Position numbers and translations under genes: made by a program. A stretch of DNA of 38,512 bases from a virus (Duplodnaviria; Caudoviricetes), in the IMG/VR virus record IMGVR_UViG_3300031519_000074, positions 1 to 38,512 of that record; one strand, 5' to 3'. The number at the start of each line of letters is the position of its first letter. Position 1 is the first letter of the stretch. Below are positions 1 through 10,228 of the stretch, piece by piece. The notes beneath the pieces were generated by a model that saw nothing but the letters and a program-made list of their open reading frames with translations, had not been told where the DNA came from and made no database searches.

Positions 1-71
1 TGGTTTACTTCTTCTTGGGTAGCATTATTAGCAAGCATTCCCTCAACCATCTGTAATAATTCTTCATTCAT
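1..71 (-). CDS. 5' fragment of a further virion/cargo gene (runs off window), MNEELLQMVEGMLANNATQEEVN...
   Basis: ATG at 71, 12 nt after the stop of the 814-aa ORF, open to the window edge. Confidence 0.65.
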   Translation of the reverse strand, partial: MNEELLQMVEGMLANNATQEEVN

Positions 72-83
72 AGGATTAATTTT

Positions 84-2528
84 CTATTTTATGCTGTTAA
101 GAGCAATTGAGAGAGCAGCTTCAGCATCTTGGGTACTTGTAACGTTACCGCCTACTGCATCAACACCGTAACTCTTCATTAAATTTGATATAATTTGTTC
201 TTTTTCTTTTTCAGTTTTATCAGCAAAAGGAATTGTTTTAAGGGTCTCAGCTGGTTTGTCTTGATAATTCCCCAGTGCATCTTTTTCGCTATCAAGTGCT
301 ATTTTACCTTCTATAACCAACTCTCCAGTTAATGGGTCTAAACTAACACCACTTATACCTTTAGCACCTGTGAAAAGTGCTTCAAGTTCTTTATTGTATG
401 TTGTAACTACTTCAGGGCTGTACTGATTTGGATCCCAGGTTATGCCTTCTCCGGGTTTTAGATTAACATCAGCATCTCTTCCCGCAGTAAACACTTGTCT
501 AAATGAACCAGCTATATCTCTTGCGGCTTGTCTATTTATAAATTCAGTAGAATTACCTTGTTTTTTCAGGTCAGCATACCTTGCTTGTCTTGCTTGTCTG
601 CCTTTTACTAATGCGGTAGACAGTGAAGTGGATTCTTCAGATCGGTAATTTTGCATAGGAGCTAGGATATTCATCATATCCTCCTTCATTTTAGCTGCAA
701 TAAGACCTTTTGGATCTGATTCAGGATCTTTAACCATTTCATTATACTGTCTATGATCTAGATTTAATAAGGCAGAACCGTAGCCTCTAGCTGAATTGGT
801 TTCTTTCAATTCTTCTTTTATATATACATCTAGAACTCTTCCTAGTTGATCTGTATTATATTTTGTAATTTTATTTCCATTTGCATCAACTGTGTATTGC
901 TTTTCAACACCTGGAATTTTATCAGTCTTTATGTTGGCAGTGAACTCATTATAGAATTCCATAGGATCTTGCTTCTTAACAAAACTCTTTTTTTGAAGTT
1001 GCTGAGCTAAGCCAGTAAGACTCATTTGTATACCCTCACCTCCGCGTGTTTCTCCAGCTAAAGATGCTCCCATGCCATCTCCTAAATCAACAACCCCTAA
1101 TATAGAACCTCCTCGAAGGAATGTATTGTATAAATCTTCAAGACCTGAATCTGATGCAGGGCCATCGATTTCACCTTTTTCTACACCTTCTTTGTAAGCG
1201 TTAGTAGCTTCCACTATATTGTCTTTAGCGTTTAAAACTTCGTCGGCAAAATTCGTATATTCCTTGTTTTTTATGTCCCATTCGGTTTTTCTACCTTCTC
1301 GAATAGCTGCGCTTCTGTCTTTCTGGTGCTCAGCATATTGTTTTTTTCTTTGGTTTCCTAGTTCATTTAAGCTTTGGTCTAAATAATCAATACCTGTTCT
1401 TTCTGCATTCAACCCAGCAGTCATTTCGTTAAAATAGTCTTCAGAATCAGCTTGTACTTGCTTGTCGTAGTTTCTACCCTCTACAGCTAAATTGTAACCT
1501 TCTATTGCTGCACTACCCATAAAACTTGCGCTAGAAAGCTTCCGCTCTTTTTCTACATAAGTTTTACCTTCTTGGTATTGTGATTCATCAGTGCTTCCAG
1601 AGATATCTCTGCCTCCAATATTAACGGCGTACATAGAAGCTAAATCGTCAGTTCTCTGTCTAGAAAAGGGACTATTGTCTTTTTGTCTAGGGAATGCACT
1701 TTTGAATTGTGCTTCATGTATTGCCGCATTATAGGTCTCACCTTTAGGTAAGTTTTTCTCAGCCCATGCTCTTCTTGCTTCTGTTTCTTTTCCAGAAGTA
1801 GCTGCATCATCAAGATATTTTTGTTTATTACCTTTATATTTGGTTTTAACATCTTCTAGGTTATTGTTCCAGGCTTCTTCTTTGCTTGGTAATCCACCTC
1901 CGCCAGTTTGTTTTTCAACTTCTTTAGGAGTTTGAACGAATGCTGATGCTTCAGTGTCTGTTGCTTTGGGTAAAAAGGAGGTGAAGCCTTTAGCTCCAGA
2001 TACTCCGATATTCAAAGAATCCAACACAGACTGGTTTTTTCCAGGTGCTGGCATAGCGCCCTCGGTTGGTGTTGTGTCTTCTGGGTTGTTTAATCCAGTA
2101 GTTCTATCTCCAATACCATCAGTATTAACTAGATTATTTCCCCCAGCAGGTTTAGTTGATTTTGCTAATCTCTCTTTTCCTGCAGCTTCTACAGCCTCTG
2201 CATCTTTTGCTTTTTTAGCTTGAGATCTTTCTTTGGCGCCTTTTAATGCTGCTCCAATTGCAGTTCCAACAGCTCCTATCTCTCGACCAATAGTTTCAGT
2301 TACTATATCCCTACCTGCTCGACTAATAAAAGCTGCATCTTCAACAGTTAGCTTATTAGCCATTTGCCTTTTCTTAAGTGGGCTCGTTTTGTCTTTTATA
2401 GCTTGACCAATTGCAGTCCCAACACCACCTACTTCTCTTCCTATTGTTTCGGTAACTATATCTCTTCCAGCTCTGCTGATAAATTGAGCATCCTTTATGC
2501 CTACTTTATTTCCCATTTGTCTTCCCAT
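84..2528 (-). CDS. Putative internal virion (ejection/cargo) protein, 814 aa
   Basis: Helical, charged Ala/Gly/Lys/Glu-rich protein downstream of muzzle, GNAT and small ejection-like genes; N-terminal duplicated motif. Confidence 0.6.
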   Translation of the reverse strand: MGRQMGNKVGIKDAQFISRAGRDIVTETIGREVGGVGTAIGQAIKDKTSPLKKRQMANKLTVEDAAFISRAGRDIVTETIGREIGAVGTAIGAALKGAKERSQAKKAKDAEAVEAAGKERLAKSTKPAGGNNLVNTDGIGDRTTGLNNPEDTTPTEGAMPAPGKNQSVLDSLNIGVSGAKGFTSFLPKATDTEASAFVQTPKEVEKQTGGGGLPSKEEAWNNNLEDVKTKYKGNKQKYLDDAATSGKETEARRAWAEKNLPKGETYNAAIHEAQFKSAFPRQKDNSPFSRQRTDDLASMYAVNIGGRDISGSTDESQYQEGKTYVEKERKLSSASFMGSAAIEGYNLAVEGRNYDKQVQADSEDYFNEMTAGLNAERTGIDYLDQSLNELGNQRKKQYAEHQKDRSAAIREGRKTEWDIKNKEYTNFADEVLNAKDNIVEATNAYKEGVEKGEIDGPASDSGLEDLYNTFLRGGSILGVVDLGDGMGASLAGETRGGEGIQMSLTGLAQQLQKKSFVKKQDPMEFYNEFTANIKTDKIPGVEKQYTVDANGNKITKYNTDQLGRVLDVYIKEELKETNSARGYGSALLNLDHRQYNEMVKDPESDPKGLIAAKMKEDMMNILAPMQNYRSEESTSLSTALVKGRQARQARYADLKKQGNSTEFINRQAARDIAGSFRQVFTAGRDADVNLKPGEGITWDPNQYSPEVVTTYNKELEALFTGAKGISGVSLDPLTGELVIEGKIALDSEKDALGNYQDKPAETLKTIPFADKTEKEKEQIISNLMKSYGVDAVGGNVTSTQDAEAALSIALNSIK
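2241..2522 (-). repeat. Intragenic tandem duplication (period 153 nt / 51 aa), core FISRAGRDIVTETIGRE
   Basis: RQMGNK..DAQFISRAGRDIVTETIGREVGGVGTAIG vs RQMANK..DAAFISRAGRDIVTETIGREIGAVGTAIG. Confidence 0.95.
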
Positions 2529-2531
2529 AAT

Positions 2532-3146
2532 TTATCCTTCTTTAGTGCCGCCGAAACCTCCAGCTATTTGTCCAATACCACCCATAAGTTGTTGAGTAGC
2601 TTTTGCCCTTGCTGCGTCAGCTTGTTGTTTACGAGCAGATGCCATTCTAAGTAAATCTTGGTTTTTGTTATAATTTTGAGTTTGTAAATCTTCTTCACCT
2701 TGAGCTTCTAAACCTTGGTTAGCAGCAGCCTGTTGAGCTCTCATAGCTTGATTACGGCTCTCTTGTCCTGCAAGGTCAGCAGATATACCTGCTTTAGATT
2801 GCAGTGCAGCAGCGGCAATTGCTTGTGCCCCACCAGCAGCTCCACCTGAAGCTATAGCAGCTTGCATTGACTGAGCTAAAGCAGCATCAGTTTGTTGCGC
2901 TTGAAATTGACTTGCTTGCTGATTGACTGTTAAATCTTCAGCTGTATTTTCTAAGTTTGCAAACGGATTTGTAAAAGTAGTATCCATTAACTGTTGTCTT
3001 TGTGTTTCAAATTGAGCAGCAGCTATTTTTGCTTCTTTTCTTCTAGCTTTTCCACCTATTAGCGAACCCGCTATATTAGCAACCCCACCTATCGCATCCG
3101 CAACACCGCTTACCGGATTTAAAGCACCCATTAGTCCTTTTCCCAT
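2532..3146 (-). CDS. Putative ejection/pilot protein (positional analogue of T7 gp14 / P22 gp7), 204 aa
   Basis: Gly/Ala-rich hydrophobic termini, Gln/Ala-rich coiled-coil core, position after nozzle and GNAT genes. Confidence 0.65.
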   Translation of the reverse strand: MGKGLMGALNPVSGVADAIGGVANIAGSLIGGKARRKEAKIAAAQFETQRQQLMDTTFTNPFANLENTAEDLTVNQQASQFQAQQTDAALAQSMQAAIASGGAAGGAQAIAAAALQSKAGISADLAGQESRNQAMRAQQAAANQGLEAQGEEDLQTQNYNKNQDLLRMASARKQQADAARAKATQQLMGGIGQIAGGFGGTKEG

Positions 3147-3147
3147 T

Positions 3148-3552
3148 TTAGTATTTTATTATTAATTCGTGACTCGGTGTATTATTTACCGAGAATCCTG
3201 ATTCTATATATTTATCTAATAACACGCCAGGGGTTGCCCAAGCGAATGAATATTTATACCCCATGTCTTCTGCGAAGCTGGAGGTAAAATCCACCAGTAA
3301 CTGTAACGCGTCACTTCTATCGTTATCTTTATAATCTTTATCAGATATAACTATAGCTGGAATTGCAGTTCTTGAATTTGTTGTGTAAAGAAACATTGCT
3401 GCTATAGCATCGTGTTCTTTACATACCATAAAGCCGCCTAATCCGTTTTCTGGTAGGAAGTCTCTTTGCGGTGGTGGTTGATCGTAAACTTCCCACCAAG
3501 ATGGCAAGAAGTTCCAATCTGACTCTATTAATTTTCTTACTTGTAATTTCAT
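3148..3552 (-). CDS. GNAT-fold acetyltransferase-like protein, 134 aa
   Basis: N-terminal VRKLIESD, central beta strand, helix LLVDFTSSFAEDMGYK, C-terminal Y..GF motif; T7 gp13-like position. Confidence 0.6.
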   Translation of the reverse strand: MKLQVRKLIESDWNFLPSWWEVYDQPPPQRDFLPENGLGGFMVCKEHDAIAAMFLYTTNSRTAIPAIVISDKDYKDNDRSDALQLLVDFTSSFAEDMGYKYSFAWATPGVLLDKYIESGFSVNNTPSHELIIKY

Positions 3553-3566
3553 TTAATTTAATTTAA

Positions 3567-6500
3567 TTAAGATTGACTTATATAATATTCTGTACTTATT
3601 GCAAAAAGTTCTTTAGCTGTTGTTGCGGAGTTTTTAAATCTAACTTTAGCAAAAAACCCTTTAGTACCAGACACATCTTGTGTGTTGCTACCATCTTGTA
3701 TTAGTGGCCAAAATCCGTCAGCCCCTACAGAACCACTTGGATCAATTATATATGAGGGTTGTGTTCCCACAACTGCCCCATAGTATTTACCTTCTTTAAG
3801 GAACCATCCTAGAAAACCTGACTGATCAGAATCAAGCAATCTAACATTTGTTATGTTGTACAGCCCGTCTTGATCGCCTTTTATGCTAGTAGCTTCCCAA
3901 TCAGAATCACCTTCATAGTTTAGTGTAAGAAAATCAGAAACGTTACCAGAGTTGTCGTTAAATAAAATTTCTACTTCTGAATCATAATCTGTACCATAAA
4001 AATTGTTTCTATTAGCTGTATTAGAATTATGCAAATAAGCGTTAGCGTTTTTAAACGTGTAGAATTTGTTGTTCATTGTTATTCCTGATTCAGGAATAAA
4101 GCTATATCTAGACGTCCACCCTTGCGTAAGTATATTGTAACCTATTGTTGTATTAGTGGTTTCATTTGGAAATGTTTCGGACCCAATAGATGCTTCTGTG
4201 TGATTATACCCTTGCATTGATAAGGTATATATATTTTTAGCACCGTCATACATTCCCACTAGCTTGTTAGCTGTACCAATACGATCTCTATAGAAGTTTG
4301 ACATACCCCTAGAACTTATTGGATTTATTTGGCCATTAGCAGGAGTTAGCTGTAAAACATTACCTCTTTTAGCGTCTGTAAAATATATATTATTTCTAAA
4401 ATGTGCAAAAGATTCTGGATGATTACTAATACCAAAGTTACCTTGGTAAACCATAGCTTGTCCTAGTACTAAATTAGTAGCTGTAACGTTAACACCGTCG
4501 TCTGCATTAAACAGGGCATCCTTGTCTGCTAATATTCTAAACACTTTATCTTCCGCAAAAGCAATTAAATTAGTGTCTAAAGCAAATAACTTTTGTATCC
4601 CTCCGTAGTTAGGTTCTAACTCTTTTGTTATACCTATAGACGCATTAAATTGATTAAGCTCATTGATACCTGTTTTTGAATTATATAATCCTGAGAATAT
4701 TAAACCAGCTTTTCTATGCTCTTCAGCAAATCTACTAGCTGGGGTATTAACACGTATCCCTTTAGCAAGTTCTACTGAATTAAATTTATCAAAAATTTTC
4801 ACTGATTCTAAGTATATATTACCAGTGGATGCCTCAGCTGTTCCTATGCAGTTTGCAAAAGGTACATCGTTTGTATACCCATGGTCCGCATCAACGAGAT
4901 ACGTCTTACTTGATTCCCAGTACAGATCTATATTTGAGTCAGCAATAGGTTCAGTTTCAAAATTCATTTCTTTTATAAGCGAAACTTTACCCTCTTCATC
5001 AAATTCTGTTTGGTAAGTAGGCAAAACAGTTATTCCTGAATTATTCGCAACATCCCGCGGCATTTTAACAAAAAACGAACCTTGTAATTTTTCTTTTCCA
5101 TCTTCTGAAAGGCCAAATTTAAAAAATTTAACAAAGCCTTTTGTTCCGTTATATGCACCTGCAGCATCAAAATTCGCAGGAACTGTGGTAAAACCAACAG
5201 TACTGGTTAATCCACCCCCGTCATCAACACTCTTCCCTAATGTTATTTTAAATGTGTTTCTTTGATTTGCTCCGGGTGTTGTACCATATTCTATGCTCTC
5301 AACAAGACACTTATTGCTATCGCCAACATTGTCTTTAAGCTGAATAGCTAAGCGGTCTGCGTAGCCGGACATGTCTATCAGTTGAGTTGTATTTAATGGT
5401 GTTTCTTTTGAATTAAATAACGTGTTAGCTGTTCCACCAGCCGTAGGATCTTGGGATCTTATATAGGTATTTAAAAAAGCAATTTTTCCTTGCTCATCCC
5501 AATTCAACCCCCTGTCTTTAAAAAATAATACTGTTTGCCCAACGGTTATGTAAAGACCAGTGGTATTAGTAAAACTAGTATGACTGTAATAAGCTGAGGA
5601 GCTGTGACTAAACAAATCTGCTCCTTGTCTTAAGTGAGCCCAGGTTCCTACGGGTGACATAGTTCTTTCAACAACCTGACTTTTAATAATATCAGGTGCT
5701 TCATTCTCTATGTCCAGCACAGGGTGTCTTGATTCGTTGGTAAAAGAAACTTCTATTCCGTTCTCAGCATTATGCCTTCTAGGTATTAATATTGTGTCGT
5801 CGGATAGTTTATTTCTATCAGAAGAATTAAACTGTGCATATATATTATCTGATGTGGTGTCATCAGTTGACCCATCATTATAAACATTAAACGCTGATAA
5901 ATTAAAATGTTCTCCAGCAGCGTCTTTAATAAAGTATCTGTAATATACAGCCCATTCCGGAGCAGCACTTGTTATTTTAGCTGTAAGCGATGATCTAAAT
6001 CTTGTTGTAAAATCAGTTTTTATTGCAGATCCTTGTCCAACCGTTTCAGCTGCTTCTTGAGTTACCAAGTTACCATAACGGCCATATTTATCAATGTATA
6101 CCACACCAACATTATATGTTCTATTACCTTTAACGTGTGGCCCATTTAGTGGATCTGCTCCTAGTGATTTAGTACCTATAACTATATTTAAAGGCTTTTG
6201 ATCAAATTGATGAACATAATTACCATACATAAGTCTGTTAGCGGTTACTTCTTGTGCTTTTGCTTTTAAAGGCACATTATCGTATACTCTAGACAACTGA
6301 GCATTTGGTAGAGCTGAAGAGAATGATCTTTTAGTAACTTGTGCTTGTAAGAAAGCACCATCTCCTCTTTCACTTTCTGGTATCTCAATTGTTTTTAGTA
6401 TATATACAGTACTGGATAATGATTCCGAGTATAGCATGTCTACAGCAACAACATCAGGACCACCTTTATCAATACCGTTAAGATTTATTGACTCAACGGT

Positions 6501-6674
6501 ATTTGATATTGATGTGTTATGACCTTTTTTAAAGTATTCTTCCACGTCTGGGTCTTTAGGAAAAAAGTTAACCTTGCTAAATGGAGCGTATGGAGAATAT
6601 TGTCCATCTTCATATCTCCACCTATAACTAAAATATGGGAAAATTTTTTCAAAAGGTAGTTTTTTATTTGACAT
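3567..6674 (-). CDS. Tail stabilisation/muzzle (P22 gp10-like) protein, C-terminal part, 1035 aa
   Basis: FSYRWRYEDGQYSPYAPFS, DNVPLKAKAQEVTANRLMYGNY, YGGIQKL, GISNHPESFA..IYFTDAKRG motifs recalled from crAss-like stabilisation proteins. Confidence 0.8.
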   Translation of the reverse strand: MSNKKLPFEKIFPYFSYRWRYEDGQYSPYAPFSKVNFFPKDPDVEEYFKKGHNTSISNTVESINLNGIDKGGPDVVAVDMLYSESLSSTVYILKTIEIPESERGDGAFLQAQVTKRSFSSALPNAQLSRVYDNVPLKAKAQEVTANRLMYGNYVHQFDQKPLNIVIGTKSLGADPLNGPHVKGNRTYNVGVVYIDKYGRYGNLVTQEAAETVGQGSAIKTDFTTRFRSSLTAKITSAAPEWAVYYRYFIKDAAGEHFNLSAFNVYNDGSTDDTTSDNIYAQFNSSDRNKLSDDTILIPRRHNAENGIEVSFTNESRHPVLDIENEAPDIIKSQVVERTMSPVGTWAHLRQGADLFSHSSSAYYSHTSFTNTTGLYITVGQTVLFFKDRGLNWDEQGKIAFLNTYIRSQDPTAGGTANTLFNSKETPLNTTQLIDMSGYADRLAIQLKDNVGDSNKCLVESIEYGTTPGANQRNTFKITLGKSVDDGGGLTSTVGFTTVPANFDAAGAYNGTKGFVKFFKFGLSEDGKEKLQGSFFVKMPRDVANNSGITVLPTYQTEFDEEGKVSLIKEMNFETEPIADSNIDLYWESSKTYLVDADHGYTNDVPFANCIGTAEASTGNIYLESVKIFDKFNSVELAKGIRVNTPASRFAEEHRKAGLIFSGLYNSKTGINELNQFNASIGITKELEPNYGGIQKLFALDTNLIAFAEDKVFRILADKDALFNADDGVNVTATNLVLGQAMVYQGNFGISNHPESFAHFRNNIYFTDAKRGNVLQLTPANGQINPISSRGMSNFYRDRIGTANKLVGMYDGAKNIYTLSMQGYNHTEASIGSETFPNETTNTTIGYNILTQGWTSRYSFIPESGITMNNKFYTFKNANAYLHNSNTANRNNFYGTDYDSEVEILFNDNSGNVSDFLTLNYEGDSDWEATSIKGDQDGLYNITNVRLLDSDQSGFLGWFLKEGKYYGAVVGTQPSYIIDPSGSVGADGFWPLIQDGSNTQDVSGTKGFFAKVRFKNSATTAKELFAISTEYYISQS

Positions 6675-6685
6675 TCTTTATTTTT

Positions 6686-9600
6686 TTATAGTAACCATGA
6701 TAAATTATTGCCCCCATATCCTAAATCACCAAAAGGACTTCCCTCTCCGGGCTGTTGTATTAGTTTTATTTTTTTAGTTACCCCAGGTGTGATTGAATGA
6801 GAAAGATGAATGTATATTTCACGCTGTGAGGTGCTATTGTTTACAGGACAATTTACAGTTAAAACAGTGTTGCCTGATCTATCTCTTTCTTTTAAAACTC
6901 TAGGTAATCCACCACCGCCTGCGCCAGCAGGAAACCAGTAATCATCTGTACGAGCAGTTACAGTCGCTGTAGATGGAGTAACTTTAAAATCAAAACTGTT
7001 CCCGTCAATCCCACGACCTTTATTATCAAACCAAATAACATTATTTCCTAGCACATTTACAGAATCGGGTGTTGGAGATCCTGCTGTCTTAAATAACGTT
7101 GCTTTAGTACTGTATCCTACGCCTACACCATTTTCAACGGCAGCAATAATATAATATTCAGTGTTAGAAAGTAAATTTTGTATATTTTTACCTCCTATCG
7201 TCCTTCCGCCAAACCTTGCACTAGCATCTGCAAAAACTTTATTAGAGCTTGCAATTAAATTAGGCGCTGCTGTTAATGCGTTATTAGGATTATAACTAGC
7301 TGCCATATCTGATTTTTTTACATAATAAAACCCTATTATGTTACCAAAATAATCTGCATTTCCACCACTACCAATTACTTGTGATTTAGCCCAAGCGTTG
7401 TTTGGTGAAATACTTGTCATTACAACTGGATTTATTATAGGGGCGGTTGCAGCAAGAGGTTGTGTTTTAAATTCGTTTAAATTACTATCAGATAATCCTG
7501 CTCCATTTGATACGGTAGTAGAAGCAAAAAACCAATATTCTGTGTTTGGTGACAACGAAACAGCCGCTGACGAGCTAAATTCTTGTCTTCCTCCTAAAGT
7601 AGCGTGCACTTCAGTTGCAACGCGTCCGTTAGCATTAATGTCAGGAATATCACAAAGCTGCTTACCTTTTTCAGAGGTTCTCGCATTTGATCCTACTTGT
7701 GTTTTTATATTAGCTATTCTTTGTGCATTAGTTGAGCCAACAGTAATTGATTTTTTTGCGTAGTAAAATGCAGGATTCATTTCTATTAAGCTCATGTTTG
7801 ATCCACCATCAGTAGTCAGATTAGCTCTAACCCTAGCTGTTGTTCTTTCAGCGGCACCAGCGGTTGAAGCTGTAATTTTAGCTAAAGCTACGGGAGGCGC
7901 TAAAGTTCTAAATCTAGTGATCCCATCACCATAAGTTCCTTGATTATCACCGTCAAATTTAGCATACGACTTAGCTCCACCTTTTTCAACAAAAGCTTGA
8001 ACTTTAAATAGAGTATTGTTTTGTAAGCTTGTTTTTGAAGCTTTAAAATTGCCACTACCTGTTCCTGTTGCTATATAATTATTTAATGTAGCTAATTCGC
8101 TACTAGAAATATTTACAAAAGCTACTTTTAAACTGCCAGTCTCTCCCGCTGCATAAGTAAAACCTGCTGCAGTAACTGGCGTTTTTAGTGATGGATCATT
8201 AACAAATTGAACCGACCCTCGCATAACTCCACTAGTTGTGGTTATGCTTTGAGTGTCTGCTGTAAAAACAGGAGGGGCTTCAGATGATGCTGCGGTCGGA
8301 GTATTTAAAACATCTCCAGTCCCTAGTACTCCTCCGTTAAAAGCAGTTGCCATAATATGATAATCAAATCCTGGTTCTATAGGAACCACGTTATTACCGA
8401 TAAATGTAACTCTAAATAAACCTACATCTGTATTAATTATATCGGGTAACCCAGCAAATTGAGTTTTATAAGCAATAGTTTCAACAGCTGTTGCAGGAGA
8501 AGCGTTAATTCTTCTAATCATTTCAGCTTTTTTAGCCGCTTGATTAATACCTAGCGAAACACCTGTTGCTGTTCTGGTTATATAGAACCCTAAAGATTGT
8601 ACTCCCTGGGAGGTGTCAGCATTATTATCTCCTGTACACACTAACGTAGAGTTTCCATTGCTAGTACCAATAGCTAAATCGTTTGTTGAAACTGAAGGTG
8701 GGGTTGTTACTACATCTACGTCACGTATAGTTAATGGCAATATACCTGTTTGGTTCTCAGAGGGATTGTTAGCATATGCTGCTACATATAGTGTTTCTCC
8801 TCTAGCTAAGGTTAATCCAGTTGCAGCTGTAGTGTCAAAAACAAATTCATCTAGATAGTTATTAGCGGTCATAGGTACGCTAACCTTAAATATATTAGGG
8901 TTAGTACTATGTGTAGCTATCATAGTGAAGAGATTGTTTGATGTTTTACTAAAATAAAAACCTCTTTCTGTTAAATTTCCATTTGGATTTGTTACTTGAG
9001 CTCTAAGTATAGCTTTATTGTTCTCTATGCTACATTCTGCTAATTTCAAAGCTGGAGCCTCTGTTTGGGACACGGTTTGTACTTTTACTAAACCTTCGTC
9101 TTGACCAGACTCAACATTGACAGCGTAAGCTTGATAATAGAATACCGTGCCTGGCTCAATTCTTATGTTTATAGAAAATTCACCAGTATCTCTATTATAT
9201 GTAGCTGTATCTTTATAAGCCCCTTGTATCGGGTTGTTTGAACCGCCTACAAGTGTAGATGGTGTGCTGGTATTATTTAAAAAATCTAAAAAATAGTAAT
9301 AAATACCAACCTCAGTAATTTGTGAGCCTCCTTCATCAGTTACTTTTCCTTTTAATTTATAAGAAAGGTTGGTTAGTTTTTCATGGCCTACCGTGGTTAT
9401 ACTTGGAAAATCTGTTGTAACAGCATTAGTGCTAAAAGCAACAACATCTCCATAAACAGCCGAACCTATTTGAGTTTTAGCATAAGCTATATAATGATAT
9501 TTTTTATCCGCGGCTAAAACAACTTCTGAACTAAAAGCAAAACCATTTAAATCTGCTACTACTTCAGTACCTTCAGCTATAACAGCTTCTAAAGTAGGAG

Positions 9601-10003
9601 TTCGAGAATCAGCACTTGTATATTCCCTATAATAAAAGCCTCTTCTTGTAAAAATGGTACCAGCACTAACGCTAGAGCCATGCAGCTTTATAAAAGCATT
9701 AAATATCTCTGCCTCTCCTGTTATAGCTAGAGGCTCTTGTGCATCAATCGGCACATCAACTTCTTGAGATAAACTAGAATTAATAACTGCTTGAGGGTGT
9801 GGCCTTATTACAGTTATATCTCTCTCTATGAATTGTCTACCATATACGGATGTTGTTCCGGTTGAATGATCTCCCGCTTTAAAAACTTCAAGATTTATTC
9901 TTTTAGGCTCTGTTTCATTATCGGTGAAATAAAGTATATTGTCGATAACATTAGCCGCTGTAATAAGCCTGCTTTTATCAAAATTTAATGTAAAACTTCC
10001 CAT
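6686..10003 (-). CDS. Muzzle middle segment fused to ~7 FN3-like repeats and a C-terminal BACON-like domain, 1105 aa
   Basis: N-terminal LNF..LITAANVIDNILYFTDNETEPKRINL; repeated G(F/I)YY...Y...AY..N..G...F.T units; C-terminal V..N.....R...I........IKLIQ pattern. Confidence 0.7.
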   Translation of the reverse strand: MGSFTLNFDKSRLITAANVIDNILYFTDNETEPKRINLEVFKAGDHSTGTTSVYGRQFIERDITVIRPHPQAVINSSLSQEVDVPIDAQEPLAITGEAEIFNAFIKLHGSSVSAGTIFTRRGFYYREYTSADSRTPTLEAVIAEGTEVVADLNGFAFSSEVVLAADKKYHYIAYAKTQIGSAVYGDVVAFSTNAVTTDFPSITTVGHEKLTNLSYKLKGKVTDEGGSQITEVGIYYYFLDFLNNTSTPSTLVGGSNNPIQGAYKDTATYNRDTGEFSINIRIEPGTVFYYQAYAVNVESGQDEGLVKVQTVSQTEAPALKLAECSIENNKAILRAQVTNPNGNLTERGFYFSKTSNNLFTMIATHSTNPNIFKVSVPMTANNYLDEFVFDTTAATGLTLARGETLYVAAYANNPSENQTGILPLTIRDVDVVTTPPSVSTNDLAIGTSNGNSTLVCTGDNNADTSQGVQSLGFYITRTATGVSLGINQAAKKAEMIRRINASPATAVETIAYKTQFAGLPDIINTDVGLFRVTFIGNNVVPIEPGFDYHIMATAFNGGVLGTGDVLNTPTAASSEAPPVFTADTQSITTTSGVMRGSVQFVNDPSLKTPVTAAGFTYAAGETGSLKVAFVNISSSELATLNNYIATGTGSGNFKASKTSLQNNTLFKVQAFVEKGGAKSYAKFDGDNQGTYGDGITRFRTLAPPVALAKITASTAGAAERTTARVRANLTTDGGSNMSLIEMNPAFYYAKKSITVGSTNAQRIANIKTQVGSNARTSEKGKQLCDIPDINANGRVATEVHATLGGRQEFSSSAAVSLSPNTEYWFFASTTVSNGAGLSDSNLNEFKTQPLAATAPIINPVVMTSISPNNAWAKSQVIGSGGNADYFGNIIGFYYVKKSDMAASYNPNNALTAAPNLIASSNKVFADASARFGGRTIGGKNIQNLLSNTEYYIIAAVENGVGVGYSTKATLFKTAGSPTPDSVNVLGNNVIWFDNKGRGIDGNSFDFKVTPSTATVTARTDDYWFPAGAGGGGLPRVLKERDRSGNTVLTVNCPVNNSTSQREIYIHLSHSITPGVTKKIKLIQQPGEGSPFGDLGYGGNNLSWLL

Positions 10004-10004
10004 A

Positions 10005-10226
10005 TTATATTTCTGTGTAATTCACGACCACCTCTGGAATAAAACTTTTAGAAGCATATCCTTCTTGTATATAAACTTTGGTGTTTGCGCTTATTGTGTC
10101 GTTAATGTTAAAACCAAGCTCTAAAGCGTGTATGTTTTCAATAGAGTTTATTTGTATATCAACGCTTGGTGTAAACGACACAACTGGATTAGTATATGTT
10201 CCTGGGTTTATTGTAAATTGAGCCAT
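10005..10226 (-). CDS. Small hypothetical protein between muzzle segments, 73 aa
   Basis: Fills the gap with 1-2 nt spacing to both neighbours; beta-rich composition. Confidence 0.7.
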   Translation of the reverse strand: MAQFTINPGTYTNPVVSFTPSVDIQINSIENIHALELGFNINDTISANTKVYIQEGYASKSFIPEVVVNYTEI

Positions 10227-10228
10227 AA

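Noticed and set aside
1640-5968. Short alternate-frame minus-strand ORFs 1640-1852 and 5786-5968
   Set aside because: Short (60-70 aa), featureless and without a codon-usage shift; consistent with chance.
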